This document shows positions 63,952 to 64,000 of a stretch of DNA of 64,000 nucleotides, piece after piece. Each line of letters begins with the position of its first letter. Within the stretch, counting starts at the first letter, position 1. The translations under genes and the position numbers were made by a program. The notes beneath the pieces are model-generated. The model was not told where the DNA came from. It saw nothing but the letters and a program-made list of their open reading frames with translations, and did not search any database. This DNA is from an uncultured Eubacteriales bacterium (lineage in GTDB: Bacteria > Bacillota > Clostridia > Oscillospirales > QAMX01), in contig CAJLFQ010000001.1 of the NCBI GenBank assembly GCA_905205975.1, positions 598-64,597 on the forward strand, read 5' to 3'.

Positions 63952-64000
63952 ATGATGGCAAACCGGCAGGAAGATTTTCAGGCGCTGGCAGCCGGTGCGG
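63952..64000 (+). CDS. 5' end of an unidentified gene running off the window
   Basis: ATGATG at 63952-63957 follows ggggtga directly after the PiT stop. Only about 16 codons (MMANRQEDFQALAAGA) are visible. Confidence 0.3.
   Translation, partial: MMANRQEDFQALAAGA

Overview
High-G+C (by eye above 60%) chromosomal segment of a spore-former-type Firmicute; a Clostridia/Oscillospiraceae-like origin is inferred only from gene content and composition. Nearly all of it is densely packed core or housekeeping coding sequence. Genes, left to right:
- a truncated glycoside-hydrolase-like gene
- a heterodimeric ABC exporter pair
- an addB-addA-metallophosphoesterase operon
- spo0A, with three perfect 0A boxes upstream
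- an SGNH esterase, a YlmH-like S4 protein, a TIM-barrel isomerase and an MFS transporter
- a P-type cation ATPase and a GNAT
- two tandem SH3+NlpC/P60 wall hydrolases
- VanW and spmA-spmB
- a parvulin PPIase and split transketolase
- tRNA-Leu(UAG)
- a low-G+C islet carrying a GNAT-nucleotidyltransferase fusion
- a cupin / flavodoxin / aldo-keto-reductase redox cluster; two of its genes carry +1 frameshifts
- tex
- a Trp T-box leader driving a stand-alone TrpB2
- XRE and TetR regulators and small lipoprotein/zinc-ribbon genes
- a cytoplasmic GH84-DUF6062-GH2-methyltransferase cluster
- a low-G+C gene-remnant region, then a lipoprotein with a 441-bp internal tandem duplication
- htpG, GT8 and a MacB/FtsX-type ABC pair
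- an HdeD / hydrolase / GT4 / acyltransferase / membrane-protein lipid operon
- NUDIX, DUF368 and a PiT phosphate transporter

I found no CRISPR array, transposase, integrase, phage block or recognisable defence system.

Items most worth a second look:
1. A Spo0A whose predicted phospho-acceptor Asp is Glu.
2. The GNAT-ANT fusion next to the tRNA.
3. The orphan promoter / structured leader / terminator / RBS followed by a start-less PPC-domain fragment.
4. The T-box(Trp)-TrpB2 unit.
5. The duplicated lipoprotein.

All calls come from reading the ORF translations and the DNA by eye. No database search, alignment or covariance model was run.
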